Assembly (NCBI GenBank): GCA_943788915.1
Contig: CALSSD010000003.1
Coordinates: 136,663 to 200,662 of the forward strand
Source: an uncultured Acidimicrobiales bacterium
GTDB taxonomy: Bacteria > Actinomycetota > Acidimicrobiia > Acidimicrobiales > UBA10347
Direction of reading: 5' to 3'
Length of the DNA stretch: 64,000 nucleotides
Shown here: positions 1 to 10,487 of the stretch, piece by piece
Layout of the letters: each line of letters begins with the position of its first letter
Numbering within the stretch: position 1 is the first letter of the stretch
Notes under the pieces: model-generated
Told to the model about the DNA's origin: nothing
Database searches by the model: none
The model's input: only the letters and a program-made list of their open reading frames with translations
Position numbers and translations under genes: made by a program

Positions 1-194
1 GCGCACAACATTGGTAGCACGGCGTTCTTGTTACCAGAAGGGGTGACGGCACCCGATAGTGCCTTGCCGCCTCGGACCAGAAGACTCTCGCTCATGGGGA
101 GAGCATAGATCTCCTAGACAGTGCGGCGGCGCCGTAGAGGATCCTTCCCTAGCAGGGCGTGTGCAAACACCGCCGGTAAGATCGCCCCCACGTT

Positions 195-1781
195 ATGGCA
201 CGTGTGGTCAATCAGCACCTGGTCGACCAGGAAGCACTGGAGCAGCTCAAGTCACCGCGAGTCGACTGGCTCGTTGCAGAGACGCCCGATGGTGATGGTT
301 TTGGTTTCTCTGACGGACCGTTTACCCATTGGCGACGCACAATCGAAGTCGCCGACAATCCTGGCGCTGATGCCGACAAGGGCCTCGTGGCGGTTACTGA
401 GACCATCGAGTACACGCTGGCCTTGCCCGTCTGGCGTTTTGGTGCCACGCCGCTGATCAGCTGGCAGCTGCGGCGTCCCCATCGAGTAGATGCTCCATTC
501 TGGGCCCCGCCCGAGCGCTTCGACGCCAAAGGTTCGCAGTCGTTCGCCCTTCTGATCTTCGCTGCATTAGCAGCTGCCTATTTGGGCACATTGTTATCGC
601 AGACCATCACCTTCGTTGCCGAAGAGTTCGACAAGGGAACGTCAACACAAGGCTGGGTCACGAGCATGACCCGTGGCGGCGCTCTGTTGGCTTTGGTCGT
701 TGTCCGAGAGGCAGACCGCATCGGCCGTCGACGCATGTTGCTCCTAGCTGGCACATTATCCACAGCATTCGCAGTGGTCGCTGCGGTGTCGCCCAATATC
801 TGGTTCTTCGGAGCGAGCCAGACCCTGTCTCGGGGTTTTGCGACCGGATTTGGCATTCTGATCGGCGTTATCGCAGCCGAAGAGTCACCCGCTGGTTCAC
901 GGGCATGGATCACCTCGGTCCTCACCTTGTTTGCCGGTCTGGGATCAGGTGTTGTCTTATGGTTACTGCCGCTGGCGGGGACGGGTGTCCGTGCATGGCG
1001 GATCATCTTCCTTGCGGCTGTGCTGATCTTCCCGGTGTTGTGGGGTTTGTCGCGGCATCTCGAAGAATCGCGGCGGTTCCAGGCTCTGTCCGAACGTAAC
1101 GAACCGCCAGCCACGATCACACCGGTCATGAAACGACGCTTCGTCATGCTGGCCACAGTTGCTGTTGCACTATCGATGTTCTCGGCGCCGGCATCGAACT
1201 TCCAAAATGAGTATCTACGCGAATCCAGAGGTTTCTCGGCGACCCGCATAAGCCTGTACTCAGCGATCGTGAACACTCCGGTCGGTATTGGCGTTGCAAT
1301 CGCCGGGCCCCAGGCAGATCGGCGTGGCCGCCGCCTGGTCGGAATCATTGGGATCATCGGCGGCATCGGCTTTGCGGTTGTGCGTTACGGGTTCGGTGGG
1401 CCGCTGATGTGGATCGCCGGAAGCCTGGCCACGGTGATCGGCGCCGCGACTATTCCAGCACTTGGTGTGTACGGGCCAGAGCTATTCCCGACATCTCGAC
1501 GAGGATTAGCCAACGGGCTTCTCACCTGTGTTGCCGTCGTCGGCAGTGTGGTCGGTCTGATCTTTGTTGGCCAGGTCACCGAACACCTTGGTTGGAGCTT
1601 CGGCAAGGCGTTCGCAGTGTTGGCAGTCGTACCGCTGCTGGCAATCTTCGTCGTGGCCAGGTATCCCGAAACCGCACAACGAGCCCTCGAAGATCTCAAC
1701 CCCGAAGACCGTCCCGGCCCAAGCCAGCTTGGCCCGGCTCAGACCGATACAGACCCGGCCGGCCAGACGCCTCGATCGTAA
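195..1781 (+). CDS. MFS transporter with an extra soluble N-terminal domain
   Basis: About 12 hydrophobic segments; MFS motif A twice (ADRIGRRR, ADRRGRR); PELFPTSRRG and PET motifs; about 110 aa soluble N-terminus. Confidence 0.9.
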   Translation: MARVVNQHLVDQEALEQLKSPRVDWLVAETPDGDGFGFSDGPFTHWRRTIEVADNPGADADKGLVAVTETIEYTLALPVWRFGATPLISWQLRRPHRVDAPFWAPPERFDAKGSQSFALLIFAALAAAYLGTLLSQTITFVAEEFDKGTSTQGWVTSMTRGGALLALVVVREADRIGRRRMLLLAGTLSTAFAVVAAVSPNIWFFGASQTLSRGFATGFGILIGVIAAEESPAGSRAWITSVLTLFAGLGSGVVLWLLPLAGTGVRAWRIIFLAAVLIFPVLWGLSRHLEESRRFQALSERNEPPATITPVMKRRFVMLATVAVALSMFSAPASNFQNEYLRESRGFSATRISLYSAIVNTPVGIGVAIAGPQADRRGRRLVGIIGIIGGIGFAVVRYGFGGPLMWIAGSLATVIGAATIPALGVYGPELFPTSRRGLANGLLTCVAVVGSVVGLIFVGQVTEHLGWSFGKAFAVLAVVPLLAIFVVARYPETAQRALEDLNPEDRPGPSQLGPAQTDTDPAGQTPRS

Positions 1782-3735
1782 GCACGCCCTCGACGAAAAT
1801 GTCCTTGCCATTAACGTGGGCCACTCGTTCATCCCAGGTCTCGGTCAACTCAGGGGTGTCGGCTCCAGCTCGGTCTGCATCGGCACGAACGGCAACCTGC
1901 AGCCACTCAGTGGCGAACGCTAGGGCGTTCTCAACCGAACCGAAGGTGGCTTGATCCTCGAGGTGAACCCGAAACTGGCCTCGAGAGGGCTGAGTAATCG
2001 TTGCGCTTCGCTTGACCCGCACCCGACCAACAACCGCTCCCACTGCGTTCGCTACATCGGCAAAATCCGGGATGATCGCTACTGTCCCGGCCTTGGCCGC
2101 AACAGTGTCGTAATAGGTCGCTGCTGACGCTCCTATCGCCGTAAGCGGGGCGCTCAGTGACACCGCTACCGTCGCAGCCTTCTGATGTCCCGCCAACGAC
2201 GCGGCAAGTAGAGCGTCGCTGCCTCGGTGATCGATGGAGTCAGATTCGAGCGCCACCCGCAGCACAAACCCGGCCGATCGTTCGGTCAGCACATCGATCA
2301 CCATGTGCGCCAACGTCTCCGCGTCGCTCGCGATAACCCCGCCATTCGAGTTCGTCTGCCGTGCCAGGATCGCTGCCACCTTGTGCGCCGCCGCAGCATC
2401 AGCATCGGGCACGAAACCGATGATTGCGCTGGCGTCGGTCGGCGTCATTGTCGCCGCCCTCACCAGGCCACGAGACTGCAGCCGTGCTGCTGCTCGCTGC
2501 TCAAGGCCTGTCGTTGTTGCCATGCTAAGGGGAACCGGCCCGTCGCTCAGCCGCGCGAGTACCTCGGCCTCTCGCCGATCGGTCAGTGTGGCCCCAGCCG
2601 GTGCGGTCGACACCAGGAAGTTGCCATGATTGGGATGGCCCATCGGCGCAGCGAGTTGACGATCCAGCTCACTGTGCAGCGACGGGAACGCCATCGCGAG
2701 CCGACAGATCGGAATCGCTCGCTCCGGGCCGAGGAGCACAGGTCCGTGTTCATGGCGGGTGTCGATATGGACCTGGCTGTCGCCCCCGAGACCGACGGTC
2801 GCCATGGCAACAGCTTCGACCATGGTCCGATGGCTACCAACCACCGCTCCCCCATCGGTGATCGACGGGCGTCCGTCGGCGATCACCGCAACATCGGTTG
2901 TTGTGCCTCCAATGTCGACAACCAAACCATCGACCAGTCCAGCCAGGTAGAGCGCACCAATCACGCTTGCAGCTGGCCCCGACAGGATGGTCTCGATCGG
3001 CCGGGCGCCCGCAAACGCCGCCGAAACTAGGGAACCATCGCCTCGCACCACCATGAGCGGTGCATCGATGCCGTGCTGTTCTAGAACGAGAGCGACAGCG
3101 CGGTTCAATCGGTCGATCGTGCCAACCAGGCGGGCATTGAGCGCAGCGGTCAGGGCTCGTCTGGGGCCGTCGAGTTTGGCACTCAGTTCATGGCTCGCAG
3201 TGACCGGCAAACCAGTTACCGACCGGATCAGCGCCGCTGCTTGCTGCTCATGTGCGGGATTGCGGACACTGAATTGGCTGGCGACAGCGAACGCGGACAC
3301 ACGATCGGCAAGAGCGGTCGCCCGATGTTCGATGGCTTCGAGGTCGAGGGGTGATCGTTCATTGCCATGTGCATCGTGGCCGCCATCCATGCTGGTCAAC
3401 AGGTCTGGTGCAACGGCAGTGCTCAGGCCGGTGCGCTCAAGTTCCGCGGCAGAGAACCCGAACGAGAACAGACCTGCTGGTTCGCCGTGGCCTTCGACTA
3501 ACGCGTTGGTCGCCAGGGTTGTCGAAACCGACACAAGAGCGATCGTTGCTGCTCGATCGCGGCCGACTCGATCGAGCACAGCACTGACTGCCTGGGCGAC
3601 ACCAATCGAGAGTTCATGATGGGTTGTAGGCGCCTTTGCTCGAGCGACAATCGCGGCCACCCCGTGCACGTCATCGTCGAACAAGACCGCGTCGGTGAAC
3701 GTACCTCCGGTGTCGATTCCCAACATCAGCGCCAT
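1696..3735 (-). CDS. Hydantoinase/oxoprolinase A family protein
   Basis: GIDTGGTFTDAV, STTLATNALVEG, ETILSGPAAS, DIGGTTTDVA, ANAVGA motifs. Confidence 0.9.
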   Translation of the reverse strand: MALMLGIDTGGTFTDAVLFDDDVHGVAAIVARAKAPTTHHELSIGVAQAVSAVLDRVGRDRAATIALVSVSTTLATNALVEGHGEPAGLFSFGFSAAELERTGLSTAVAPDLLTSMDGGHDAHGNERSPLDLEAIEHRATALADRVSAFAVASQFSVRNPAHEQQAAALIRSVTGLPVTASHELSAKLDGPRRALTAALNARLVGTIDRLNRAVALVLEQHGIDAPLMVVRGDGSLVSAAFAGARPIETILSGPAASVIGALYLAGLVDGLVVDIGGTTTDVAVIADGRPSITDGGAVVGSHRTMVEAVAMATVGLGGDSQVHIDTRHEHGPVLLGPERAIPICRLAMAFPSLHSELDRQLAAPMGHPNHGNFLVSTAPAGATLTDRREAEVLARLSDGPVPLSMATTTGLEQRAAARLQSRGLVRAATMTPTDASAIIGFVPDADAAAAHKVAAILARQTNSNGGVIASDAETLAHMVIDVLTERSAGFVLRVALESDSIDHRGSDALLAASLAGHQKAATVAVSLSAPLTAIGASAATYYDTVAAKAGTVAIIPDFADVANAVGAVVGRVRVKRSATITQPSRGQFRVHLEDQATFGSVENALAFATEWLQVAVRADADRAGADTPELTETWDERVAHVNGKDIFVEGVLTIEASGRPGLYRSEPGQAGLGRDGLRG

Positions 3736-3781
3736 CTGCGGCACCCCATCTCTTACGTCCTGAGAGCCAGAATCACTGCCA

Positions 3782-4495
3782 TTAGGCCAGCAGAATCCGG
3801 CGAGCTTCGGTCAACTCGGCAATACGGTGAGCGGCATCGTCGGTGTCGCCACCCACATCGGGGTGTGCTTCCCGCAAAGCGCTGCGAAAGGTCTTGCGTA
3901 AGGTGTCCGCATCCGGGACATCATCGAGCGCCTCGAAACCCAAGACTTCAAGCGCCCACGCCACTGGATCGGCCTGGCTCGATGATGACAGTGCATACCG
4001 CTCGAACCGGCTGCTGAGGTGGCTGAGCAGTACATCGTCGCTATCGGCGTCGCCCTGCCATCCAATCGCTCGACGGATGACCTTCATGACGTCGGCCCGA
4101 GGGCCCGGCTGAATGGTCCCAGCCGAATACACCGCGGCAAGCACATACTGCGGTGCCGCTTTGTGTTGTGCCTCAAAGTTGAGGTGAAGTTTGTTATTTG
4201 GCAGCCGTTCCAACAGATGGACGGAACGGGTGAGCCCGATGCGATCCTTCTGTAATCGATGCCGCAGCCGGGGCTGAGGAATTCGTTGCCCCTGTTCGAC
4301 CTGATAACTCAGGATCTCAAGTTCCTCGAGAAGTTCGGGGTCGATCATCTGGCTGTACTTCGCCACGATTGCTCCGAGCAGGAGCCCGCCAAAACCAGGC
4401 GAGTCATCGACTGGCAAAGTCGCTCGGCCAATCGCTACCCGTCGGGTCGGAGCAATGGGGCGCGAGTGATACACCTCAAGTTCGGCCAACATCAC
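3782..4495 (-). CDS. Protein with C-terminal J domain (class C J-protein)
   Basis: ALEVLG...LRKTFRSALREAHPDVGG...ELTEARRIL with HPD motif. Confidence 0.8.
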   Translation of the reverse strand: MMLAELEVYHSRPIAPTRRVAIGRATLPVDDSPGFGGLLLGAIVAKYSQMIDPELLEELEILSYQVEQGQRIPQPRLRHRLQKDRIGLTRSVHLLERLPNNKLHLNFEAQHKAAPQYVLAAVYSAGTIQPGPRADVMKVIRRAIGWQGDADSDDVLLSHLSSRFERYALSSSSQADPVAWALEVLGFEALDDVPDADTLRKTFRSALREAHPDVGGDTDDAAHRIAELTEARRILLA

Positions 4496-4548
4496 AAAGC
4501 ATGAGGTTAGTACTGCATTGACGAAACGGCTTTACCGAACTTCGGTCG

Positions 4549-5385
4549 TTAGACGAGCCTGCGCATGAATTCGTGGAGTTGGGTGGCCATTTCCTCGATA
4601 TCGGTGTCGCCAAGACCTTCGATCTCACCCGATAGCGCATCGCTTAGGTCGGCCGACTGATCGACGACCGAACCCCACACGTCTGCTCCGAGGCCGTACG
4701 GCAAGGTCATCTGATGGACTATCGACGCCGTCTCAACCAGGGCAACAATACCCTTTGCATCGTTTGGGTTCTTGCGGATGCGTCCGGCAGCAACGAACAG
4801 GTCCGACATGACATTGACGGGATCGACGCCTGGCACGCCAGCACCGAACTCGCGTTCATCGGCGTCGGCGACGTCGAGCGATTCGAAGACTTCGTCGACC
4901 TTCGCTTCGTCTCTTTCGTAGACAAACAGATCACCGTTCTTGTCGAACGCATGAGAGATGCCTTGTTCGCCAAGGCGGCGCAACAGTCGAGTGTGCTGAT
5001 CGTCGTCGAGTTCGCCCAGTTCGTAGACCATCGTCGGCTGGGTCAGGTCGAGTGTCGGCATGGCCACGATCTCGGCTTCTGCGACCGCCTCGTCGACAGC
5101 GTCTTCGTCTGCTTCCTTGATGATCAACGTGGCGCCCTGCCAGGCATGGTCGATGCCGCTACGGGTGAGCATGCCATCGAGGGTGGAGCGGCCCTGGCCA
5201 GTCCACTCGTGGAACTCATAGGCCAACTGGTCGTCGTCGGGTTCACCAACGTTGGACACATCGGTCGGAGCATCCTTCGTTGTTGGAACACCACACTCGG
5301 TGCACTCGACGACATCCTCGTCGTATTCGTTGCCGCACTGGAAACACCACACCAGGCCGTCGTTACTGTTTGTCGTCGAAGTCAC
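4549..5385 (-). CDS. Acidic hypothetical protein with N-terminal zinc ribbon
   Basis: CFQC-x10-CTEC near a likely GTG start at 5385; the longer ORF-track start overlaps glpX antisense. Confidence 0.7.
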   Translation of the reverse strand: MTSTTNSNDGLVWCFQCGNEYDEDVVECTECGVPTTKDAPTDVSNVGEPDDDQLAYEFHEWTGQGRSTLDGMLTRSGIDHAWQGATLIIKEADEDAVDEAVAEAEIVAMPTLDLTQPTMVYELGELDDDQHTRLLRRLGEQGISHAFDKNGDLFVYERDEAKVDEVFESLDVADADEREFGAGVPGVDPVNVMSDLFVAAGRIRKNPNDAKGIVALVETASIVHQMTLPYGLGADVWGSVVDQSADLSDALSGEIEGLGDTDIEEMATQLHEFMRRLV

Positions 5386-5470
5386 GACGCAATCATGACC
5401 ACTCAACCTGCCTACGGCAACCTTGTGTGAATCAATTAGGATCTGGAAGTTGTCGATGTGCGGAGCACCA

Positions 5471-6457
5471 ATGAGCCAAACCCCAGACAGAAACCTTGCG
5501 TTGGAACTGGTGAGGGTGACCGAAAGTGGCGCTCTCGCTGCAAGCCGTTGGATGGGTAGAGGTGACAAGGAAGGCGCCGACGACGCAGCGGTCGAAGCCA
5601 TGCGGCTCATGCTCAGCAGCGTGTCCATGGACGGCACCGTCATCATCGGCGAAGGCGAAAAAGACGAAGCGCCCATGTTGTACAACGGCGAACGGCTCGG
5701 CAACGGCACCGGACCGGCCGTCGATGTTGCCGTCGATCCAATCGATGGCACCACGCTCACCGCGTATGGCCGGAACAACGCGATCGCCGTACTGGCTGTG
5801 TCCGATGCGGGCACCATGTTTGATCCTGGGCCATTCGTGTATATGGAAAAGATCGCCGTCGGCCCTGAATGCAAAGGCGCTATCGACCTGAATGCGAGTG
5901 TCACCGAGAACCTGCATCGCATCGCTGGAGCAAAACGTGACCGTATTCGCAACCTGACTGCGGTCGTGCTAGACCGCCCTCGTCACGAGAAACTCATCGC
6001 TGAGATCCGCGAAGCCGGCGCCCGTATTCAACTCATCCCCGATGGCGACGTTGCTGGTGCTATCGCTACCGCCTGGGAAGATGCCGACGCCGACGTGCTC
6101 TTCGGCATCGGCGGCACACCCGAAGGCGTGATCACCGCAGCTGCGCTCAAATGTATGGGCGGCGAACTCCAAGGCCGTGTCTGGGCCCGCGACGACGCGG
6201 AACGAGCCGCAGCCGCCGAGTTGGGTTATGACCTCGAACGAGTTCTGCACACCGATGACCTGGTCTCGGGCGACAACTGCTTCTTCGCTGCCACTGGCAT
6301 TACCGAGGGTGACCTGCTCAAGGGTGTTCGTTTTAATGCCGACGGGGCGACAACACAGTCACTCGTCATGCGCTCCAAGTCTGGCACTGTCCGCCTGATC
6401 AATGCTTCACACCGTCTTGACAAACTCGACGACTTCTCGGTCGTCGACTACCGCTAG
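5471..6457 (+). CDS. glpX: Class II fructose-1,6-bisphosphatase
   Basis: [41 protein letters not shown] motifs. Confidence 0.97.
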   Translation: MSQTPDRNLALELVRVTESGALAASRWMGRGDKEGADDAAVEAMRLMLSSVSMDGTVIIGEGEKDEAPMLYNGERLGNGTGPAVDVAVDPIDGTTLTAYGRNNAIAVLAVSDAGTMFDPGPFVYMEKIAVGPECKGAIDLNASVTENLHRIAGAKRDRIRNLTAVVLDRPRHEKLIAEIREAGARIQLIPDGDVAGAIATAWEDADADVLFGIGGTPEGVITAAALKCMGGELQGRVWARDDAERAAAAELGYDLERVLHTDDLVSGDNCFFAATGITEGDLLKGVRFNADGATTQSLVMRSKSGTVRLINASHRLDKLDDFSVVDYR

Positions 6458-6459
6458 GC

Positions 6460-8121
6460 CTATTCGAAGTCGGGGGCCCCGGTGTCGTCGGCGCACGTCG
6501 TGTCAACCGATGCCGACGGATCGATAAGAAAGGCGAGTCGGATGTTGGCAGGACACGATGTCGCCATGCCGTGGCCGTGGTCGGCGAGTTCGACGTAGGT
6601 TGAGTTCGACAGCGCATCGGCGACTTGTTTGGACCATGCAGGTGGCGTGATCGGGTCGAACGTACCAGCGAACACGAGTGTAGGTATCGGACTCTCGAGC
6701 GGCTCATCATCTAGGGGCGCAGACGGTGCCACCATGAAGAAGTCGCAAAGCTGCTGAACACCATCGCTGCTCAGAGCCCCAGCCACAGCGTCGCCAAAAC
6801 GTGGTTCCAGACTGCGGAGTAGATCGTCGTCGCCAGAGTCGTCGTAGAACGGTAATTCTTCTCGGCACCAGGTGGTGTAATACAGCCCGATCGATAGGTC
6901 GAACGCATTGGGATCGCGGCGGGTCATGAACGTGGCGACGATCTCGTTGAGCCCACCAGCGTCGGCTCGTGCAATCTGGCGAGGCAACGCCCGCAGCGAA
7001 CCGGTGCTGTACAGCTGGGTGAAGACCAGGTCGACGAGCGTCTCACCATCGACACGAAATGGGAACGTGTCGCCGGTGCCTGGCCGGGTTGCCGATACCA
7101 CCACCGGATTCTGATTTAGTTCGAGCACCAGCGCAGAAAGATTGTCGAGGAAGTCGCCGTGGTCGGCGGCACACCGATCATCATCACACGCTTGATCGAG
7201 TGCGGTCATCGACCGGATGCCGTTCTCGGGGATCGCAGCAAAGAAATCAACTTCGAACGGCACGACGGAATCCAGCACCGCTGACCGCACGCCGTTGGGA
7301 TGATCCCGCATGATCGTCAGGCCCAAACGAGTGCCGTAGCTGATTCCCCAGATCGACCATTCGTCGTAGCCGAACAACTGTCGGAGTAGCTCAACGTCCG
7401 CCGCCGCAGCGGTGGTATTGAAATGATCAAAGTTGATCCCGCTGGCCATCAACCGCGTTGCACATGCCTGATACGAGGCAGTGACCATGGACTCATCATC
7501 AGGAATACGCACGGCCGGATCGTCGGTGTAGTGCGCGAGCCAGAGGTCGTCGACCTCAGGGCAGTTCAGCTTGGGAGTGGAGTAACCGGTGCCGCGTTGA
7601 TCCACGAACAGCACATCGTGCGTTGCACCCACGAAGTTGCGAGCGGCGGTCACGCTTCCGACTCCTGGACCACCCTGGAGGAAGGCGACGGGCCCAACCC
7701 CGTTCGGGTCACCGTTGTCGACGAAGGCGACCATGAGCTCTACGTTCTCACCCGCGACGGGAGCGTAGCTGTCGAGCGGTAGCACTGCGATCGAGCACGA
7801 AACCTGATCGGCGCTGACATCGGCAGGACAGTCGACCGGCTGCAACGAGGAGAGCGCCAGCAACTCACCAATGTTCACGGCACGGGTCGTCGGCACAGGC
7901 GACACAGGCGGCACAGGCGTTGAAACAGCTGGTGGTGCCGGGCTCGGCACCGTTGCCGGCGGGGGTACTGTCGTTGCTGCCGCTACCCGTGTTGGGGTTG
8001 GTCTGGTGGTCGCGGGCGCAGCGGTGGCCGCGGTCTCAGCTACCCGGTTCGGCGCAGCCCGACAGGCGACCGCAAGGACCGCTATCAGAAGAAACAGACT
8101 AAGCCAGCGTGTCTGTCGCAT
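6460..8121 (-). CDS. Lipoprotein alpha/beta hydrolase (TAP-like peptidase/esterase)
   Basis: Lipobox LAVAC, Pro/Thr linker, GGPG, DQRGTG, GISYG nucleophile, DPITP, GHG. Confidence 0.85.
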   Translation of the reverse strand: MRQTRWLSLFLLIAVLAVACRAAPNRVAETAATAAPATTRPTPTRVAAATTVPPPATVPSPAPPAVSTPVPPVSPVPTTRAVNIGELLALSSLQPVDCPADVSADQVSCSIAVLPLDSYAPVAGENVELMVAFVDNGDPNGVGPVAFLQGGPGVGSVTAARNFVGATHDVLFVDQRGTGYSTPKLNCPEVDDLWLAHYTDDPAVRIPDDESMVTASYQACATRLMASGINFDHFNTTAAAADVELLRQLFGYDEWSIWGISYGTRLGLTIMRDHPNGVRSAVLDSVVPFEVDFFAAIPENGIRSMTALDQACDDDRCAADHGDFLDNLSALVLELNQNPVVVSATRPGTGDTFPFRVDGETLVDLVFTQLYSTGSLRALPRQIARADAGGLNEIVATFMTRRDPNAFDLSIGLYYTTWCREELPFYDDSGDDDLLRSLEPRFGDAVAGALSSDGVQQLCDFFMVAPSAPLDDEPLESPIPTLVFAGTFDPITPPAWSKQVADALSNSTYVELADHGHGMATSCPANIRLAFLIDPSASVDTTCADDTGAPDFE

Positions 8122-8135
8122 TCGACAGTCGGCCA

Positions 8136-9494
8136 CTAGTAGTCGATGGTCTCGAAGCGATACCACGCGGCACGTCCGACCCCGGCGGGGCCTTCAACGC
8201 GCGCCTTCTGGGCGACAGCACCAACGAACTCTTCGTGAGTTCTGAGCCGGGTCCACATTGCAGGGAGTTGCGCTGCCCTGCCTGCGGGTGAAGTCACGAG
8301 TATCCCATGACGTCCGGCTTCGAGCATCTGGCTGAGCTCCTCGCTGGTCCGAGGGAAGATACGTTCGATCGGTGAGACGATGGAAATCGTCATCTCCAAT
8401 CCGGCAAGTTCTGATGGCTGGATCGACGGCAGCCGAGGATCGGCGCATGCTGCGGCCGCGTTTCGGACAACTGACCCGGCAAGTGCCCGGTCAGCTTCGA
8501 TGGTGCCGGCAGAACCGCGAGTCCGGCCATTGAGGCGCAAGGTCACAACGGAGGCTCGTCGGGCTGCGAGTGCTGGCGGAACGCGTCCCATGTCGCTGCC
8601 CTCGACCCGCCCGCCGAGCACGGTGAGTTCAACCGCGGCCCGAGCAAGCGCTCGAAGATGGTCGGCGTCGGCGTCGCCTAGTGTCATATCGGTCGATTCC
8701 CAGGCTGCGAGCGCAGCCACATCGGTAATCTCTTCGCTGCCGTAGGGATCCTCGACCGTGTCGCTGGCGAGGTCGAGTAGTCCCATCGACCGGCGACCAA
8801 CGATGGTCATCGCTGCAGCCAGAGACCGAGGCGCAGACACATTGGTGCGGGCAACCGTGGCCATGTCGTTTCGTAACAGCGCAGCCCGCGCTAGTTCACC
8901 CTGTTGTGCCACCTTTTCAGCATCGGTTCCCGAGCCGAACGATGCGCTTACAAGAAGCAGCGTGTCGCGTGATCCCCACAACCGTTCAAGCACATCGACG
9001 ACTTCAGCAGTGGTTGCCTCGCCTACAAGCATGGGGACGATTCGAACTGCGCCAAGGAGCCGTTGGATAGGAGGCAGATGTACTTCAATCGACGTGTCCT
9101 TCTCGAACGGTCGGTCGTTGATCACCACGCTTGGGTGCCCTTGCAGACTCTCGATTGCGGCCCGATCGGTGAGCAGATCGCCCAGCGGCGTGCGAAACGC
9201 AATAGCCCGAGGGATTGCAATGCCTTGGACGTCTCGTCCACCAATACCAGGCCGATAGTCGCTGATGACCACAACCCGCTGCACATGATCTCGTTCGGTC
9301 TCGAGCATGATCATCCCAGCGCCAGCAACATTGGGGGCAGCGGCCAAGCCACAATCGGGCACGATGAGCAACTTGGGGCTGGTGAACTCGCTATCTGCGC
9401 CGTTGATGGCAGCATCGATCTCTGAACGCAGCTCTTGGGAGTCTGAGGCATACAGGCTTCCGGCTGCGACGGGTTCTCGTACGCCAGTGGACAT
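8136..9494 (-). CDS. Fused MEMO1-like (AmrB) and AMMECR1-like (AmrA) protein, degenerate
   Basis: REPVAAGSLY, FRTPLG, SIEVHLP, IVPMLVG (MEMO-like); VVTLR..RGSAGT, DPRLP, ISIVSP, GRHGIL (AMMECR1-like). Confidence 0.8.
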   Translation of the reverse strand: MSTGVREPVAAGSLYASDSQELRSEIDAAINGADSEFTSPKLLIVPDCGLAAAPNVAGAGMIMLETERDHVQRVVVISDYRPGIGGRDVQGIAIPRAIAFRTPLGDLLTDRAAIESLQGHPSVVINDRPFEKDTSIEVHLPPIQRLLGAVRIVPMLVGEATTAEVVDVLERLWGSRDTLLLVSASFGSGTDAEKVAQQGELARAALLRNDMATVARTNVSAPRSLAAAMTIVGRRSMGLLDLASDTVEDPYGSEEITDVAALAAWESTDMTLGDADADHLRALARAAVELTVLGGRVEGSDMGRVPPALAARRASVVTLRLNGRTRGSAGTIEADRALAGSVVRNAAAACADPRLPSIQPSELAGLEMTISIVSPIERIFPRTSEELSQMLEAGRHGILVTSPAGRAAQLPAMWTRLRTHEEFVGAVAQKARVEGPAGVGRAAWYRFETIDY

Positions 9495-9596
9495 GCCAGC
9501 AGCGTAGGTGAGACCAGGCCTTCTGGCCGTGCACGACCCAAATTTGCTCCACTGTCGGAATCAGCAATTGGACCGTAGGCGCGACACAATGACGAG

Positions 9597-10427
9597 ATGA
9601 GTACTGCTGAGCACGCCCTGTCATTCGATCTCTCAAGGTACCGAGTCGAGCCGGGCAGCACTGTTGACTTGTCCTGGTGGCAGACCGACGAGAACGAGGG
9701 CATTGACAAGAAGATTGGTCGAGACATCACCAAGGTCCTGAATGACCGTCTGGAGACCGCCCAGGAGCTGCTGTGGGCCGAGGACAAACACAAGGTGTTG
9801 CTCGTGCTCCAGGCCACCGACACCGGCGGCAAAGACGGCACAATCCGCCACGTGTTCGACGGTGTGAATCCCCAGGGCGTTCGGGTTGCTTCGTTCAAGA
9901 AGCCAACCGACACCGAACTCGCTCACGACTATCTATGGCGAGTGCACAAACATGCGCCGTCGACCGGCGAAATGGTCATCTTCAACCGCAGCCACTACGA
10001 AGACGTGCTGGTCGTTCGTGTCCACGGATGGATTAGCGAAGAGAAGGTCCAGCAGCGATTCCATCACATCCGAGAGTTCGAGCGACTGCTGGCCGACGAA
10101 GGCACCACCATTGCAAAGTTCTATCTCCACATCTCGAAAGAGGAGCAGAAGCAACGGCTGCAGTCACGGCTCGATGAACCCGAGAAGAACTGGAAGTTCG
10201 CGACCGGCGATCTTGACGAACGCAAACTCTGGGACGATTACCAGAAGGCCTTCGCCGACATGCTCAGTCAAACCAGCACCGACTATGCCCCGTGGTACGT
10301 AATTCCTGCCGACCGCAAATGGTTCCGTAACCTACTGATCTCCCGAATCGTCGTCGACAACCTCGAAGGCCTCGACATGGCCTATCCCCCGCCCGAAGAC
10401 GGCCTGTCCGACATCGTCATCGACTAG
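9597..10427 (+). CDS. ppk2: Polyphosphate kinase 2 family nucleotide phosphotransferase
   Basis: DTGGKDG Walker A, VNPQG, FKKP, HDYLWR, FNRSHYEDVL, APWYVIPADRKW. Confidence 0.95.
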   Translation: MSTAEHALSFDLSRYRVEPGSTVDLSWWQTDENEGIDKKIGRDITKVLNDRLETAQELLWAEDKHKVLLVLQATDTGGKDGTIRHVFDGVNPQGVRVASFKKPTDTELAHDYLWRVHKHAPSTGEMVIFNRSHYEDVLVVRVHGWISEEKVQQRFHHIREFERLLADEGTTIAKFYLHISKEEQKQRLQSRLDEPEKNWKFATGDLDERKLWDDYQKAFADMLSQTSTDYAPWYVIPADRKWFRNLLISRIVVDNLEGLDMAYPPPEDGLSDIVID

Positions 10428-10435
10428 CCGTTGAA

Positions 10436-10486
10436 GCAAATTAGGAGCGTGGTGTACCTAATTCGTGCATCAGGCTCCTAATTTGC
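10436..10486. terminator. Long inverted repeat between convergent genes (bidirectional terminator or REP-like palindrome)
   Basis: Perfect 13-bp arms gcaaattaggagc / gctcctaatttgc, extended by tggtgtac / gtgcatca with G-U pairs. Confidence 0.6.
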
Positions 10487-10487
10487 A

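Noticed and set aside
1696..1781. Functional significance of the 86-bp convergent overlap
   Set aside because: Only low-complexity C-terminal tails overlap, which is common in GC-rich genomes
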